Part shown: piece after piece, positions 22,294-34,199 of the stretch | Numbering within the stretch: the first letter of the stretch is position 1 | How the letters are laid out: the number at the start of each line of letters is the position of its first letter | From: Epithemia pelagica | Taxonomy: Eukaryota; Protista; Bacillariophyta | Length of the DNA stretch: 64,000 nucleotides | Direction: 5' to 3' | Assembly: GCA_946965045.2 (NCBI GenBank) | Contig: OX337234.1 | Span: 2,976,001-3,040,000 of the forward strand | Made by a program: the position numbers and the translations under genes | The notes under the pieces: model-generated | Told to the model about the DNA's origin: nothing | The model's input: the letters and a program-made list of their open reading frames with translations, nothing else | The model's database searches: none

Positions 22294-24113
22294 AATGCGT
22301 TTTCAAGAAGTCTTTGAAACAATGCGTCAGAGGTTTGACAATGGGCTTTGGGATCCTAACTTGTGTTCCAAAGCCCATGTTGAATACTTGTTTCATGAGA
22401 ATGGGGGATTTGGAGTCGATTTTGAATCATTTTCCACCCTTTATCGTCGTGCTTGTTGTGAGGAACTCACAACCAAATGGAAGACCACTCGTGAACGAGA
22501 GAGGACTGCTGCTCTTGGAGTTGATGCTCCTCCTCCTCCTCTTGTTGCGAATCCTGTCGCAGGTGTGTTTGATTGTTGGTGTTTTGAGTTGCATGCAGCT
22601 TTCTCACATCATTGTTGTTTCAGTTGTGCCAGTCAACATGTTTTCGCCCTTTCGTGACAATGTGGAGGAGTCAGACGACGATGAGAGCTATGACGAAAAT
22701 GAGGAAGAAGACGACGGGGCGGAACAACAAGGCGGCTATGCGGAGCAGGTCTTTGGAAGCACAGGTGGTGCTGGCATGGGGAAAGGCGAGGGAGGAGGGG
22801 ATGGCTACGTTGTCCTGGGTGACAGTGCCCCCAATCATGATGCTTTCCTAGACGAAAAAATGAAGAAGATGTCGATAGCCCCCCAAAAAATGGTGGCTTT
22901 GGTTGATGGGCCAGTATCCCCGTTTCCAGTGATCTTTTCATCTTGGAAAGCCCATGATGGGCAGAAGCGACTCTCGGTCGCAGTGAATCTGCTTTCGGGG
23001 GTGGAGGCAAAGGCAGTCGCCCCCTCTATTACGAAGAACTCAGAGATCCAACTTACTCTGAAGTGGCCAAAGGCAACAACAAGTGTGGCACAGTTTGTTC
23101 CTGTCAAGTTCCTCGCCCAGCTTCACCGGTATGGCCACACAGCTATTGGGCCTCCCCGCAATGCTGAAGAGATGAAGACCTACCCCTTCCAGACTGTGCC
23201 TGTTGTCTCCAATCTGGTCGTTCAGATGGACAAATGGAAGAAGCGGTCGAACGTGCCCGGGGAGGATATGCGGCCAAGCATGACAATCAACCTCAGTGCC
23301 CCTTGTCAGCTCGACCCGATCCCAGTTGGGAACTCCTTTGATTTGATGGGCCTGGAGGGAGATCGTGTGACGCTGAAGAGCCACGGATACTGGTGTGGCG
23401 CTCTTCTGTTGGAGTGTGAAGGACAACGCAACACCTTCCGTAAGCCTGTGGGGCCAGACCACTACACATTTGTTTGTCGGAGCAACGGAGGATGGGCGAG
23501 TCAGCAGGATACAGATGAGCTAATGGAGGATGCAAACGAAAGCAACAACAACGCAAACAATCAGCGACCAAAGCGTACGCGCACTACAAACGCTACATCA
23601 ACCACAATTGCAGCCAACGATCTCATGCAAGAGAATGAGAAGCTGAAGACTCGCCTCGAAGAGGTGCAATCTGCGCACACCGAGGCCGTGAAGCAGATGC
23701 TCTCGGCCGAGCAGTATGCCGAAAGTTGCAAGAAAGATGTCGAGTTTCTCCGTGCATCTGTAGAACTCAAGAAGCATGCTTTGGAACAAGCCAAGGCTGA
23801 GGCGGAGACACATGCTCGGGCAGCACAAGAAATGTCAAACGACATTCACACAAAATTCGCTGGGCATGCACGTTCTTGCATGGAGATGGCTCGGCAAGCT
23901 GTACTCAGCACCGAAAAATGTCTGGATGAGGCGAACAAGGACTTGAACTCTCCAGGAGTCACCACTCACGCAAACGCTGCACGAGAATATGTGAAAAAGA
24001 CGGTCCAGCTCTATCAGAAGCACTTTGGTGAGGGAACTGCAGTCGTCGGGAACCAGGATCGAAACATGGAGACAGCAACAGCAGTGAGCGACTTTGACGA
24101 CTTTGATAATTAG
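22294..24113 (+). CDS. Diverged homolog of the Harbinger-associated ORF, split across two frames (22294-22657 and ~22638-24113), with C-terminal coiled coil
   Basis: NGLWDPN...VDFESFSTLYRRA matches EGKMPPN...LKFQNFSSSWKNA, and FPVIFSSW..HDGQKRL..VNLLSG...KWP matches WPTMNSYW..KDKNLRL..VLLPSG...KWP of 18961-20043. Confidence 0.5.
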
Positions 24114-24293
24114 GTACCATATAACAATGACTACTAGTTTCTACATTCAATTGATTCTCTAAGAGCTCTTGGTCTTCTCGGTGGAATTGTGATGAGGCCG
24201 CAAAGCTGTAGACTAGAGGACGATGGAGTCACATAGCGACTCCTTAGGGATGCCCTTGGATAACCATGCACATCTCGTTTTTCCCGTAGCTTC

Positions 24294-24451
24294 ACGGCGA
24301 GGTGGAGGAGATGGCAAAGAAACAGAAACTCTAACAAGAGCTTTGGAGCGAGGCACAGACACGGGACTTTGCAGCAACCCCCGTGTCTGTGCCTTGCTCC
24401 AAAGCTCTTGATAGAGTTTCTATTTCTTTGCCATCTCCTCCACCTCGCCGT
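24294..24451. repeat. 72-bp near-perfect inverted duplication of a coding-like fragment
   Basis: 24294-24365 is the reverse complement of 24380-24451 with ~3 mismatches and a ~14-nt loop. Confidence 0.9.
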
Positions 24452-24871
24452 CGCCTGGGTTATCTTCTTCTCGCTTGCGTTTTGCCCTACTTGCTTCGCT
24501 CATAATGGCAGTTGTTCTTGTGCCAGTCGGATCGCAAGGCTCAACCTCCAACGTTTGCTGCGGCGGAGAAGAAGGTTGGTGTTTATCTACTACAACCACG
24601 CACAGTGTGCTGTGTGTGTGTGGTGTGTGGCCTCTGGCCCTTCCCCTTGCTCCCAAAATCCCGAATATGCCTCTAGCTAGGAGTACTATGAAACAAGGAA
24701 GATGATACAAAAAAGACTCCAGTTACAGACTGTGTCGTCTCATTCGTGAAATTACCGTTTCGCATCACTCTCCTTCATGAAATCCTTCGATTTTCTATTG
24801 TAGAGACGTCGACACATGGATTTTTTGCTCCCTCGTTTTGTTGGATGAGGGACGAACTGTGGTTTGTAGAA

Positions 24872-26542
24872 CTAAGATTCCTCCTCTAGAGGCCCTTTCT
24901 CTTCCTCCATTCTGACTGTGGTGGAGGTGGAGGAGGACGATGGCGTCAAATAGGTTTGAATCCAATTCGTCAATTCTTCCTTGGTAAATTGCAAATGATC
25001 TCCTTCAAATTGGAGATAGACATTTTTGCCCGCTTCTTCGGCGGTCCGCAACCCAAACAAGTCGTGTTGATACCAGGCTGTTTGGGTGCGAGGAATGACG
25101 GGTCCAAAAGGATCCTTTGGATTGGGTGCGGCCCAGTGTTCTCCTTCTCGTGGCAAGACCATGGTATCTTGCGTGGCCAAAACCCAAACATATTGGTGTG
25201 TTTGTTGCCAATGTTGAAACAAGGCCGTTTGATTCTGGACGGCATACGGGTTTTGAGCCGTGGCTTCATTGTTCCAAACGGCCAAGGGAGTCAAGGCTTG
25301 ATACTGGACATATTCGCGAGGTCGGGGATCACGCCAATAATTGGCTTGAAAGGAATGTTCTTGGGCAAATTCTGTATAGGCCGCTCGACTGGCTTGTTCC
25401 ATGAGCAATTCGCAAACACTGCTCGTTGTCAGAGGTTGTTGTTGGTGGTGGTGGTGCTTGCGTTGAATACTTGAAAGACGACGACTATCACGATCGTCCG
25501 GTCGACAATGGGGGACGGCGCCTTCTCCAGCATTGACTCCATTAATGGACAAGAAGGTATGAACGGTCGGTGTATTGTACAAGCTAATGTATCCCCGAAT
25601 CACATTGTTGCCTTGCGAAAACCCAATGGCATGAAATCCTTGTTGCAATTTCGCATCTTGTTGAATGGCCTGGGCAAAAATATCGACATTGGCCGGCATG
25701 GAGAGGAAATAGCCATTGTTGGTATCTTCGGCTTGTGTCGCACCCGTGGGAATGCAAACGACGTAGGTCGACAACAAGGCACGCACCAATTCCACGACAT
25801 GTTGCATACCGGCATTGAAACAGGAATCGCCCATGCCATGGGCAAATACGACCGGCAATTGTTGCGGCGCGGTCGTACCAGCAATACGAGTGCGAGCCAG
25901 TGGAGCGGGTACTTGATGTTGTATGAATCGAGTCGTGGATTCTGGATGGGATTCTTCTTCTTCTTCTTCGGAGAGCCATTTGTGTCCAACCAAGAGGCCC
26001 TGCTCCAAGGCATGATGATACAAGACGTCAGCAACAGCTTGAGGATGGGTCGCCACGTGTTGCAACATGTGGCACAAGACGGAATGAGTCTTCCAATGAT
26101 GAGCCTTGTGACAAAGACGATTGTGATGGTTCTTATTGTTGTTGTTTTCAACCGACAAGGACAAGAAGGGAATTGATGATGATGTTATTGTTGTACTGGT
26201 TGCGATTGTTGTCGTATGGGATTCTCCTTGTCCTCCTCGTCCTCCTCGAAGAAGAAGAACGAGTTTGTCTTGGATACTCCCAGCAACTGGTCCTCCTCCC
26301 CTGGTTCCTCCTCCGTGCGGGCACATGTACAGAAAGAGGACCATTGACACTGGGATCATGGTGAGCCACCACTTGCGGTTGGATGCAAGTCCAGAAACCT
26401 GCAGCGAGGTGCGAGTCGGTTTCGGATGGTTTGAGGCGTGCTGGGTGTCATGTCGGTTCCCAAAAGGAGGAGAAAGATTGTGTTGTACCTGGTTCTTCTG
26501 GTATGGTTCGTGTTGCTTCCTTGTCATGGTCGGCGGTGGCAC
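24872..26542 (-). CDS. PPT1: Palmitoyl-protein thioesterase 1 with long N-terminal extension
   Basis: PVVFAHGMGDSC, GFHAIGFSQG (nucleophile Ser), ANYWRDP, DTMVLP.E and GDHLQF (catalytic His). Confidence 0.9.
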   Translation of the reverse strand: MPPPTMTRKQHEPYQKNQVQHNLSPPFGNRHDTQHASNHPKPTRTSLQVSGLASNRKWWLTMIPVSMVLFLYMCPHGGGTRGGGPVAGSIQDKLVLLLRGGRGGQGESHTTTIATSTTITSSSIPFLSLSVENNNNKNHHNRLCHKAHHWKTHSVLCHMLQHVATHPQAVADVLYHHALEQGLLVGHKWLSEEEEEESHPESTTRFIQHQVPAPLARTRIAGTTAPQQLPVVFAHGMGDSCFNAGMQHVVELVRALLSTYVVCIPTGATQAEDTNNGYFLSMPANVDIFAQAIQQDAKLQQGFHAIGFSQGNNVIRGYISLYNTPTVHTFLSINGVNAGEGAVPHCRPDDRDSRRLSSIQRKHHHHQQQPLTTSSVCELLMEQASRAAYTEFAQEHSFQANYWRDPRPREYVQYQALTPLAVWNNEATAQNPYAVQNQTALFQHWQQTHQYVWVLATQDTMVLPREGEHWAAPNPKDPFGPVIPRTQTAWYQHDLFGLRTAEEAGKNVYLQFEGDHLQFTKEELTNWIQTYLTPSSSSTSTTVRMEEEKGPLEEES

Positions 26543-26864
26543 AAAGGATCGTTGCGTTCTTGTCGAATGTGACGAATATTCAAAGAGTTGTCGAGAGAGA
26601 AAGAACGTGGTTGTTCGGGGTGTCTAGATAAGTTGTGTTATCCCAACGATCCTCATTGATGAAAATGAAAGACAACAAAAGATCTCGTTTGACCAAAAGA
26701 TCCGCCTTGCCCATCATAGTCGCCCCGGGGCGGTCCACAGAAGATCGTGTTTTGGTTTGTTCGCGAGAAAACGCGAAATCGACGACAATGACACAGCGTG
26801 TCTGGAGTGATGTGCATCAACACCGTCTGGTACAATACTCCTTTCAACAAGGTCAACGAGGACC

Positions 26865-27353
26865 ATGAGCAGCGATCAAGATGAATTGGACATCAAGCCG
26901 TCTGCATTGGCCGGTTCAAACGAGTCAGCAGTATCGGTCAAAGCGTGTTCTTCCCCCGTTCGAAAGAAAAGCCGAAAGGGGCGAACATGGGATGTGGATG
27001 GCATTAACGCAGATGAGCCCGAAACGTATATTCATCGCGAAGAATGAGTTTCCAAGGCCATTGCTTCTGCCAGGCATGGCCGCTTTTTAGTCGTCGTCTC
27101 GCCCCCTGGAACCGGTAAAACATCTCTGTCGCAGTTGATTCAACGAAAACTAAAGGAGGAAACGGATCGCGAGCCGGGGAAATCGATCATGAGCTATCGA
27201 CTGCGGCCAGCGTCCGTAGGAGAGATTACCAATTTGTTTGACTACGTTGAGCAGAAAACTCGGGTATCACTTGACGACTTTACAGATACTCGCCCGGCGC
27301 TTGGGGGTAGTTGTTGTCTAGAGGTTAGAGGTTGCATTTGCATTGAGTATTGA
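26865..27353 (+). pseudogene. Truncated P-loop NTPase fragment (Crinkler-related NTPase-like)
   Basis: Reading through TGA 27045-27047 gives YIHREE*VSKAIASARHGRFLVVVSPPGTGKTSLSQLI, with a Walker A motif at 27099-27128. The sequence is truncated by ~27350. Confidence 0.6.
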
Positions 27354-27873
27354 ATGTCTCATGCAGCTGTACAGTGTACAGTCAGTGCAGGTTGTTGTTT
27401 GTTCTGCGTTGCTCTTTTGCATGGATGTTTTTCTGCCTGGCCTGCTGTGACGTGATGTTGGACTATAACTCCCCAGCATTGGTGTGTCGTGGATTGATTG
27501 CATTCTCAACAAAATATTATTTATTGTAGCCTTTCTTTCGCGAATCAGAGCGACTACAATAATATATCGCTTGGGAGTAACGTTATGACCCCCCACCCAC
27601 ACCGCGGGCGTGTCTCATGTTCCTTTGGGGGTCATACCGTCAGTCCTTCGACACCACCACCCCCAAAACGTTTAGTTCTCCCCTCTAACTCCATCAAACA
27701 ATAGACGGACCCGATGGTTGAAACTTTCTTTGGCTTGCTTCGTCCATGGAATGATCATTATCATCAAATGCTCTTAGAATAGACGAGAAACATCGAAGGT
27801 CTTGCGACAAACCCCAACATTGCTCGCGACGCAAGAGACTGCTACAAGAACAACAACAACACACATCATCATC

Positions 27874-29187
27874 ATGCCACAACACGCCGTCAGCACGAAA
27901 TTGTTGCTTACCAGTCAACACGGTTCGTTGGGAATTTTGACCCTGAACAATGCCAAGGCCTTTCATGCCTTGACGTGGGATATGATTGTCTCGGCGCAAG
28001 AAAACTTGAATGCATGGTGGAACGATGAGAGTGTCAAGGCGTTTGTGGTGCAATCGGCAGAAACCAACAACAACAACAACAACGATTCGACATTGAAACG
28101 TTCCAAAACAAGAGCCTTTTGTGCCGGAGGAGATGTCAAAACATTGGCCTTGGCCTTGCAAGCATCCCAACAAGAAGAACAATCACAGCAAGTCCATGGT
28201 ATTGGACGAGATGGTGTGATTACCTCGGACTTTTTTCGACACGAATATTATTTGAATTATGCCTTGGCTTTGGAACGCAAGCCTCAAATTTCCATTTGGA
28301 ATGGATTGGTCATGGGCGGTGGTGTTGGATTGAGTTTGTATGGATCGTTCCGCATTGCGACGGAGCATACCGTCTGGTCCATGCCGGAAACGGCCATTGG
28401 ATTGTTTCCCGACGTCGGAACCATGTGGGCCGTTCCTCGAATATTGCCACAAGAGCAACAATACTGGATTGTCCCATACTTGTTCTTGACCGGTCATCGC
28501 TTGTTGCCAGCTGATTTGCTCTATACTGGTTTGGCGACCCATTATATTCCCTCACAAGATTTACCACAATTACACCATGCCATTGTGACGGCTCTGGAAA
28601 CCAACGAGGTAGACGAGACCAAAGAGGTGATTGCTCCTGTTTTGGATTCCTTTCATCAAGACGTACTGTCCACAGACAAGTGTTTTATGGCTGTGCATAG
28701 TGAGGAATTGCAACAGGTGTTTTCAGACGACCAGGATGATGATTCCAGTTTGCAGGATATTGTCAATCGATTCGAGGCCTTGCCCGATACATCCCTGTTG
28801 AAACGCAGTGCCTTGGAAACCTTTCATCGTGTGTCACCAACGGCATTGATTGTCACTTGGAAACATTGGAAATTGCGTCGTCAGGTCAAGCAAACCACAA
28901 CGAATGCTGATTTGAGAGGATTGGAGGAGCAAATGCAACAAGATTTTCGACTCATGCAACAGTGTGTTCATTCCGGTGACTTTTATCAAGGTGTTCGAGC
29001 AGCCTTGTTGGACCGATCGACGCCACCGCAATGGAATCCGCCTACCTTGCGACAAGCCTTGGAACAGGAATCCGACATTGTCGCGGAATATTTTGATTCC
29101 AATGACAATCGTTTGGAACAGGAGTGGAGGTTGCAAGATTCCACCCGGATACCATTAATGGGAGATCCTACCGGTCCTGACAAATAA
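27874..29187 (+). CDS. HIBCH: 3-hydroxyisobutyryl-CoA hydrolase (crotonase family)
   Basis: LTLNNAKAFHAL, RAFCAGGDVK, WNGLVMGGGVGLS, WSMPETAIGLFPDVG and GDFYQGVRAALLD. Confidence 0.92.
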   Translation: MPQHAVSTKLLLTSQHGSLGILTLNNAKAFHALTWDMIVSAQENLNAWWNDESVKAFVVQSAETNNNNNNDSTLKRSKTRAFCAGGDVKTLALALQASQQEEQSQQVHGIGRDGVITSDFFRHEYYLNYALALERKPQISIWNGLVMGGGVGLSLYGSFRIATEHTVWSMPETAIGLFPDVGTMWAVPRILPQEQQYWIVPYLFLTGHRLLPADLLYTGLATHYIPSQDLPQLHHAIVTALETNEVDETKEVIAPVLDSFHQDVLSTDKCFMAVHSEELQQVFSDDQDDDSSLQDIVNRFEALPDTSLLKRSALETFHRVSPTALIVTWKHWKLRRQVKQTTTNADLRGLEEQMQQDFRLMQQCVHSGDFYQGVRAALLDRSTPPQWNPPTLRQALEQESDIVAEYFDSNDNRLEQEWRLQDSTRIPLMGDPTGPDK

Positions 29188-29633
29188 GGTTGGTTTGTGC
29201 GCGATAAGGGATACACCCAGTCAGCAAACAAGACGAAGCGTCTCATGATGAAGAAGGATCGTCAACAACAACAGTCGATGCACCATACTTAAGGTAATGC
29301 ACCGCCGTTGGATCTACACGACGACGACACCTTAGCCGTAGAACGAGGGTTCCATGAAGAATAACTTGTTTCTAGAGAATTAGATTGACGTAGTACTATT
29401 CACGTTTCTGCGCATTCTGTCACCACAAATCTGTTTTGGGACAACATGGCAACCCCTGCAACACAGTCTCTGACGAAAAAAGCCTCGGCGATCGGGTTGA
29501 ATGATTCTTCATGTTGGTTGTCGCAACCGACCAACAATGGCAACACGAAAAATCTTCCTGTGCCTCAAAACAAAGCACTTCAACCAGATTCTCGTTCGTT
29601 GTAGTAGTACCTTATTTGTGCCTCAATCGCTCT

Positions 29634-30596
29634 CTATTCTTCTTGTTTTGTTTGAGGCACATAGTGATGGACTTGACCCGTCAAGTTTGTGAGTTGCAGT
29701 TGTATTGCAGCTCGTGTGAGTTTGGATTGCATTTTGGATTCATGCCATGCTTGGCGTTGGGCATCGCCTCCAAACGAGGCATCCCAGGCAATGCCAGGGA
29801 CAGGAACCAATTTGGCACGTGCCTCGTCACGGCCCAAGAGTTGTTGCAAGAGAGCAATCGTGACAACTTCTTCGACACCGGCATACTTGGTGGTCTGGCG
29901 GTTGGTTGTTTCCTCTCCGTCGGATGGTGATGGTGGCGGCGCCACAAGTCCCTCGGAAACCATGACAAATCCCGTCACGGCCAATTTGGACAAGTTCCAA
30001 ACGGCCAAGGTATTCCAAGGTGTTGTTCTTCCATTCAATTCCAGCACTTGGTAGTGTCCGGGACCGTCCTCCTTGTCGGACGACGACGAGGCCGTCGTAT
30101 CAGTTGTCGTCGTATGGGAATGCCCCGTCAACCGGGCACCCACCACCAACGTCGTATGGCGATCCATGTGTTGCATTAGCGTCGCAATGCTTTGTTCAGT
30201 GGCCGCCGTTTCGGCGGAAGCAAACAAAATAAAGTCGGCAGGAGAAGTAACAGTTGTAGCGTCTTGTTGTTGTGGTTGTTGTGTTGGTGGTTCTAGCGCA
30301 TGCGCAATCAAGGCATTGAGAGCGGGGACAAATTGTCCCCAGGGTGTCACGGGCAAGACGACCAGTTGTGGTGGTGGTGATTGATCTTTGGAAGGCACTC
30401 CTGACGATGGTAGTGTTTGTGAGGTGGTGTTGGTGATAGCCTTGGTCACGTGTTGGACCAGGACTGTATCGTGACCATCCACCGCAATAATGCCCTGAAG
30501 AGCATGAGCCAGAACACAGAGACGAGCAAACTTGTCAATCTTTTCTTGGACGGCCTCTTGCGACAAGGGATTTGTGGCCTGTCGATTGTCTGTCAT
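29634..30596 (-). CDS. Conserved-looking hypothetical protein
   Basis: Long ORF with globular segments (FVPALNALI, LVVGARL.GH, TPWNTLAVWNL, GVEEVVTIALLQ). Likely ATG at 30596. Function not recognised. Confidence 0.55.
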   Translation of the reverse strand: MTDNRQATNPLSQEAVQEKIDKFARLCVLAHALQGIIAVDGHDTVLVQHVTKAITNTTSQTLPSSGVPSKDQSPPPQLVVLPVTPWGQFVPALNALIAHALEPPTQQPQQQDATTVTSPADFILFASAETAATEQSIATLMQHMDRHTTLVVGARLTGHSHTTTTDTTASSSSDKEDGPGHYQVLELNGRTTPWNTLAVWNLSKLAVTGFVMVSEGLVAPPPSPSDGEETTNRQTTKYAGVEEVVTIALLQQLLGRDEARAKLVPVPGIAWDASFGGDAQRQAWHESKMQSKLTRAAIQLQLTNLTGQVHHYVPQTKQEE

Positions 30597-31533
30597 ATTG
30601 TTTGTGTGTGCGTATGTATATATATTTGGGGGAGGAACAGGAGAAGAAAAACAAGACAAACAATAAGGAAAAACAAAGGTTCCAGACCGGAAAGAATGCG
30701 TGTGTGAGAGAGACTGGTCATGCCTGAGAAGCAACCATGTATTTTGTGCCGGTAAGAAGGAACGTACGCAAGCGTGTGGCAACCACCAGCTTGAAAGGAG
30801 GGGTGTTTTCTTCGGTCATGGAATAATACGAGAATTCAGAATGAAAAAAAGAATCAATGGGCAACACTTTTGTACAAGCCCAGATACAGGAACCTCCAGA
30901 AATGGCTGGATGGGAACCGTATGTAATCGCTTGATGTGAGGCCGGTTGCAAGGACTTTTTGTGTTGGTCTGTCAAATCCCACTCTCTGCCAACAAGGAAC
31001 CAATGCAGTAGTGTGAGAGTACGACTGGCAGGCGAAAACCAAAAAGGACAGCAACAAGGCTCACCGACCAACAACGACAGACAAACAAGTGTGTTCTCAT
31101 TGCGTGTACACCCAACCACGAAACCTACCGATCAAACGACGCTCTTTGAGAGGAACTGGATTTGCAGCGAATATCAACTTGTGCCCAAATGGTGGTCAAT
31201 GGATGGATGGCTTCCCTAAAGAGAGGAAATGGGATGACACGACGAGACGATGATGCGTTCTTCAAATGTCGAAAAAAATGAGAATCTTTGCTGCCAAAGA
31301 TACGTCACAACACCGTCAGCGACTCGAAATGACCAATCTGAATAGGGTCGCTATTGAGACGCGTTTAAAGTGGATCATGATGGAAGAAGACGTGGTCGGC
31401 ATTCTTCGTCAGAATTGCAATGGCAAACTCTTCATTCGGCAATCTCGTAGCAACACAGTAACCAGAATACAATAGCGTTGCAACAAATCCACCTCTCTGT
31501 TGTCAATAGCCTCTCAAGGTAGACGAACTGAAA

Positions 31534-31923
31534 ATGCCCTTGTTTAGCGGTTGGTGGAAGAGTAACAAAAACAGCGACACGAAAACCGACGACGAACCCA
31601 AGAAGGACGCACCCACTTCTTTCGACACGCCTGCTTCTGCTCCTCTCAACGAAAGTAGCACTGCCTTTACCATTTCTCCTGTATCGGAACAAGATCAAGC
31701 CCAAGCCGCCTACTACAAGAACGCCACCAAAAACAGTCAGAATACTGCCAAGAAGGCGAACAAGCTGTCGTCGGATTGCAGTAAAGAAAGTGTGGATTCG
31801 CTCAATTGCAGTTTGAAATATCCCGAAACCAAAGATGACGTGTGCAAACCCTTTTATGACATTTATCGAGCCTGTCGCAAAGAAGAAAACAAGAAGCGCT
31901 TTCAAAATGGATGGTTCTCGTAA
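31534..31923 (+). CDS. COX23: Twin Cx9C mitochondrial intermembrane-space protein (COX23/CHCHD7-like)
   Basis: C-x9-C-x11-C-x9-C: CSKESVDSLNC...CKPFYDIYRAC. Confidence 0.7.
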   Translation: MPLFSGWWKSNKNSDTKTDDEPKKDAPTSFDTPASAPLNESSTAFTISPVSEQDQAQAAYYKNATKNSQNTAKKANKLSSDCSKESVDSLNCSLKYPETKDDVCKPFYDIYRACRKEENKKRFQNGWFS

Positions 31924-32959
31924 AACAACGAATGAGGGCTGGATTCGACTTGGACTGGGGAGGGCACTTGTGGTGGTTCTCGTCTTGGTTGCGCTGCTGG
32001 TAGAACGAGAAGGAACCAGGCAATGGCGGCACCACAGGGGCGTCGCCAGAATACCTCTGTCGTTCCCTTTTGTCGCAGAGGCATGGATGTCATCTCCTCG
32101 AAGCAACTCTTGTGTTGGACGTGGAAATGCCTGCAGTGGAAAACCAATAGTGCTGAGCAGTAGCACCACCACCACGGAGCAAGTACCATCATCCAACCAA
32201 CCACCCAAACCAAAACGACGTCAATTGGGATTGTTATCCTTTGATTTGGACAATACCCTCTTTCCCACCACACAAGTCGTCGAAGATGCCAATCAGGCCA
32301 TGATGGCACACATGCAAAGGGTGGCCCAGTGTCCCACGTCCTTGGATCACTTTTTAAGTACGACACGTCGGATTCGTCAAGGGTTGAACGGGACACCCAT
32401 TACCTATTCCGATTTGCGAAAACGTGCCATTGCGGCCGAATTGCAAGAGTGGGGATGGACGCCCCATACCAACGACAACATGGATCAGGAGGCCATGGTG
32501 GAGGAATGTTTCCAAGTCTGGCTGCAGGAACGACACAGGGCCGCGGAACGATACTTGTTTGACGATGTCTTGGACATGTTGGAGACCATTCAACACACAC
32601 ATTCCTCCGTCTGTCTGGCGGCCATTACCAATGGACGAGGCAATCCCCTCGACATGCCCTCGACCTTGGCTCCCTATTTTGACTTTTGTGTCAGTGGGGA
32701 AGATGAGGCCGTCTTTCCCCATCGCAAACCTCATACCGGCATTTATCAACATGCCTATCAATGGTATCAAACGTTGCGTCCGGATCATCATGACCCACAG
32801 CCAGCAAAGGACAATGAGACGGAATATATTTGGTGTCATGTCGGAGATTGTTTGGCCAATGATGTCGGTGCTAGTGCCAATCAAGGAGCCTTGGCCATAT
32901 GGTTGGCCCCCGACTTTGCATCCAACCAGGACGACGAGGCTGCACGACCTACGGAATCG

Positions 32960-33002
<43 letters not shown>

Positions 33003-33214
33003 TACAACCCAAATGGTCGACAGCCACTGCGTCGGAAGTATCGCATCGACAAGTCTTGGCACAGGAGGCACGATCGAAAATGGCGGCGCAGATTACCAGT
33101 CTCGCCCAACTGCCACAGGTTGTTGAACAACTCTTGGTCCAGGGCGAATCGACAACCACAATGTCGTCGCAACCCGACTCCAATGCGGTGCCTGTAGAAC
33201 AACCGGTTCGGTAA
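31835..33214 (+). CDS. HAD-superfamily hydrolase (YigB/NANP-like); true start probably downstream of 31923
   Basis: Motif I SFDLDNTL, motif II ITNG, motif III RKP, motif IV HVGDCLANDVGAS. Confidence 0.85.
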
Positions 33215-34199
33215 AAGAACTACAAAACCAACTCAGAAACACGAGAGAAATCACACCAAAGGCTAGAGAACCCATTACAATACTGTATTTCACACGCTAT
33301 AGCTACGGGATGTGTGTTCGAACCTCATACCACGACAACGTCTCTCGTCTAAACCTCTCGTAGGCTCCAACGGTATGGACAGAAGCGTGGCCGGATGACT
33401 GAGGCCGCTCGAACCTCTCTACCAGAGTGTACGAGCAAACTCTTGAAGCAGTATAGAGAAGAGAGGGGAAACAAGACAAATGGATAGAGGGTTCCATTCT
33501 TTGGTTGGAGATTGTTTGGAAGGGGATAGCTAAGGTTATACTATCCCGATGGTAGTATTCATAGCAACCCTAGCTCTTCTTGCATACGTCGCATGACATC
33601 GAACGACGCCACGGCAAAACACGTGGCGGCCGTCTTCCGAAGGCGAATCTCCACATTTCTCTACACGAGAAGACCACACACAAGTGACATTGACATTGAT
33701 TCCTACATTGGCAATTGGCATTCGTCTCTCGTTCGAGAAAAGAGTCAACGATGGCGTCTGGAATGACATGGTTTCGTCCCCTCAGGAAGCTTGCCTTATC
33801 ATCGGCTCATGGTCAATGGAGGATCAAGAGTCAGAGGGAATCCATCACGTTGTCCAAGCATGTCATCGGCAGTCGCAGTAGTTATCTGACAATCTCACGA
33901 CGAGGGTTCTCGACCACCTCGACACAAGAAGCAGGCGGACACTCACAACAACACAGGGAACAACGCGGTCATGAAATGAATCCACACAAGAACAGCAGCA
34001 GCAATAACAACACTGAATTTGCCCCTTCGGCAGATCTAGTAGGACGAACCACCGATGGGTATGCGTGGTCGAGTATCTACGATGAAGCGCACGAAATGAT
34101 GATGGGTACGTGCGTTAAACTTTCCTGGCAGGAAATATTCGCTTCGTTGTTTCGTTGCCTCATGATGCGTTCTATTCCTGTCTGTTCTGTCTTTTATTG

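Noticed and set aside
18900-24720. TIRs delimiting the Harbinger locus
   Set aside because: Only a 6-bp TAGAGG/CCTCTA match was found, which is too short to support.
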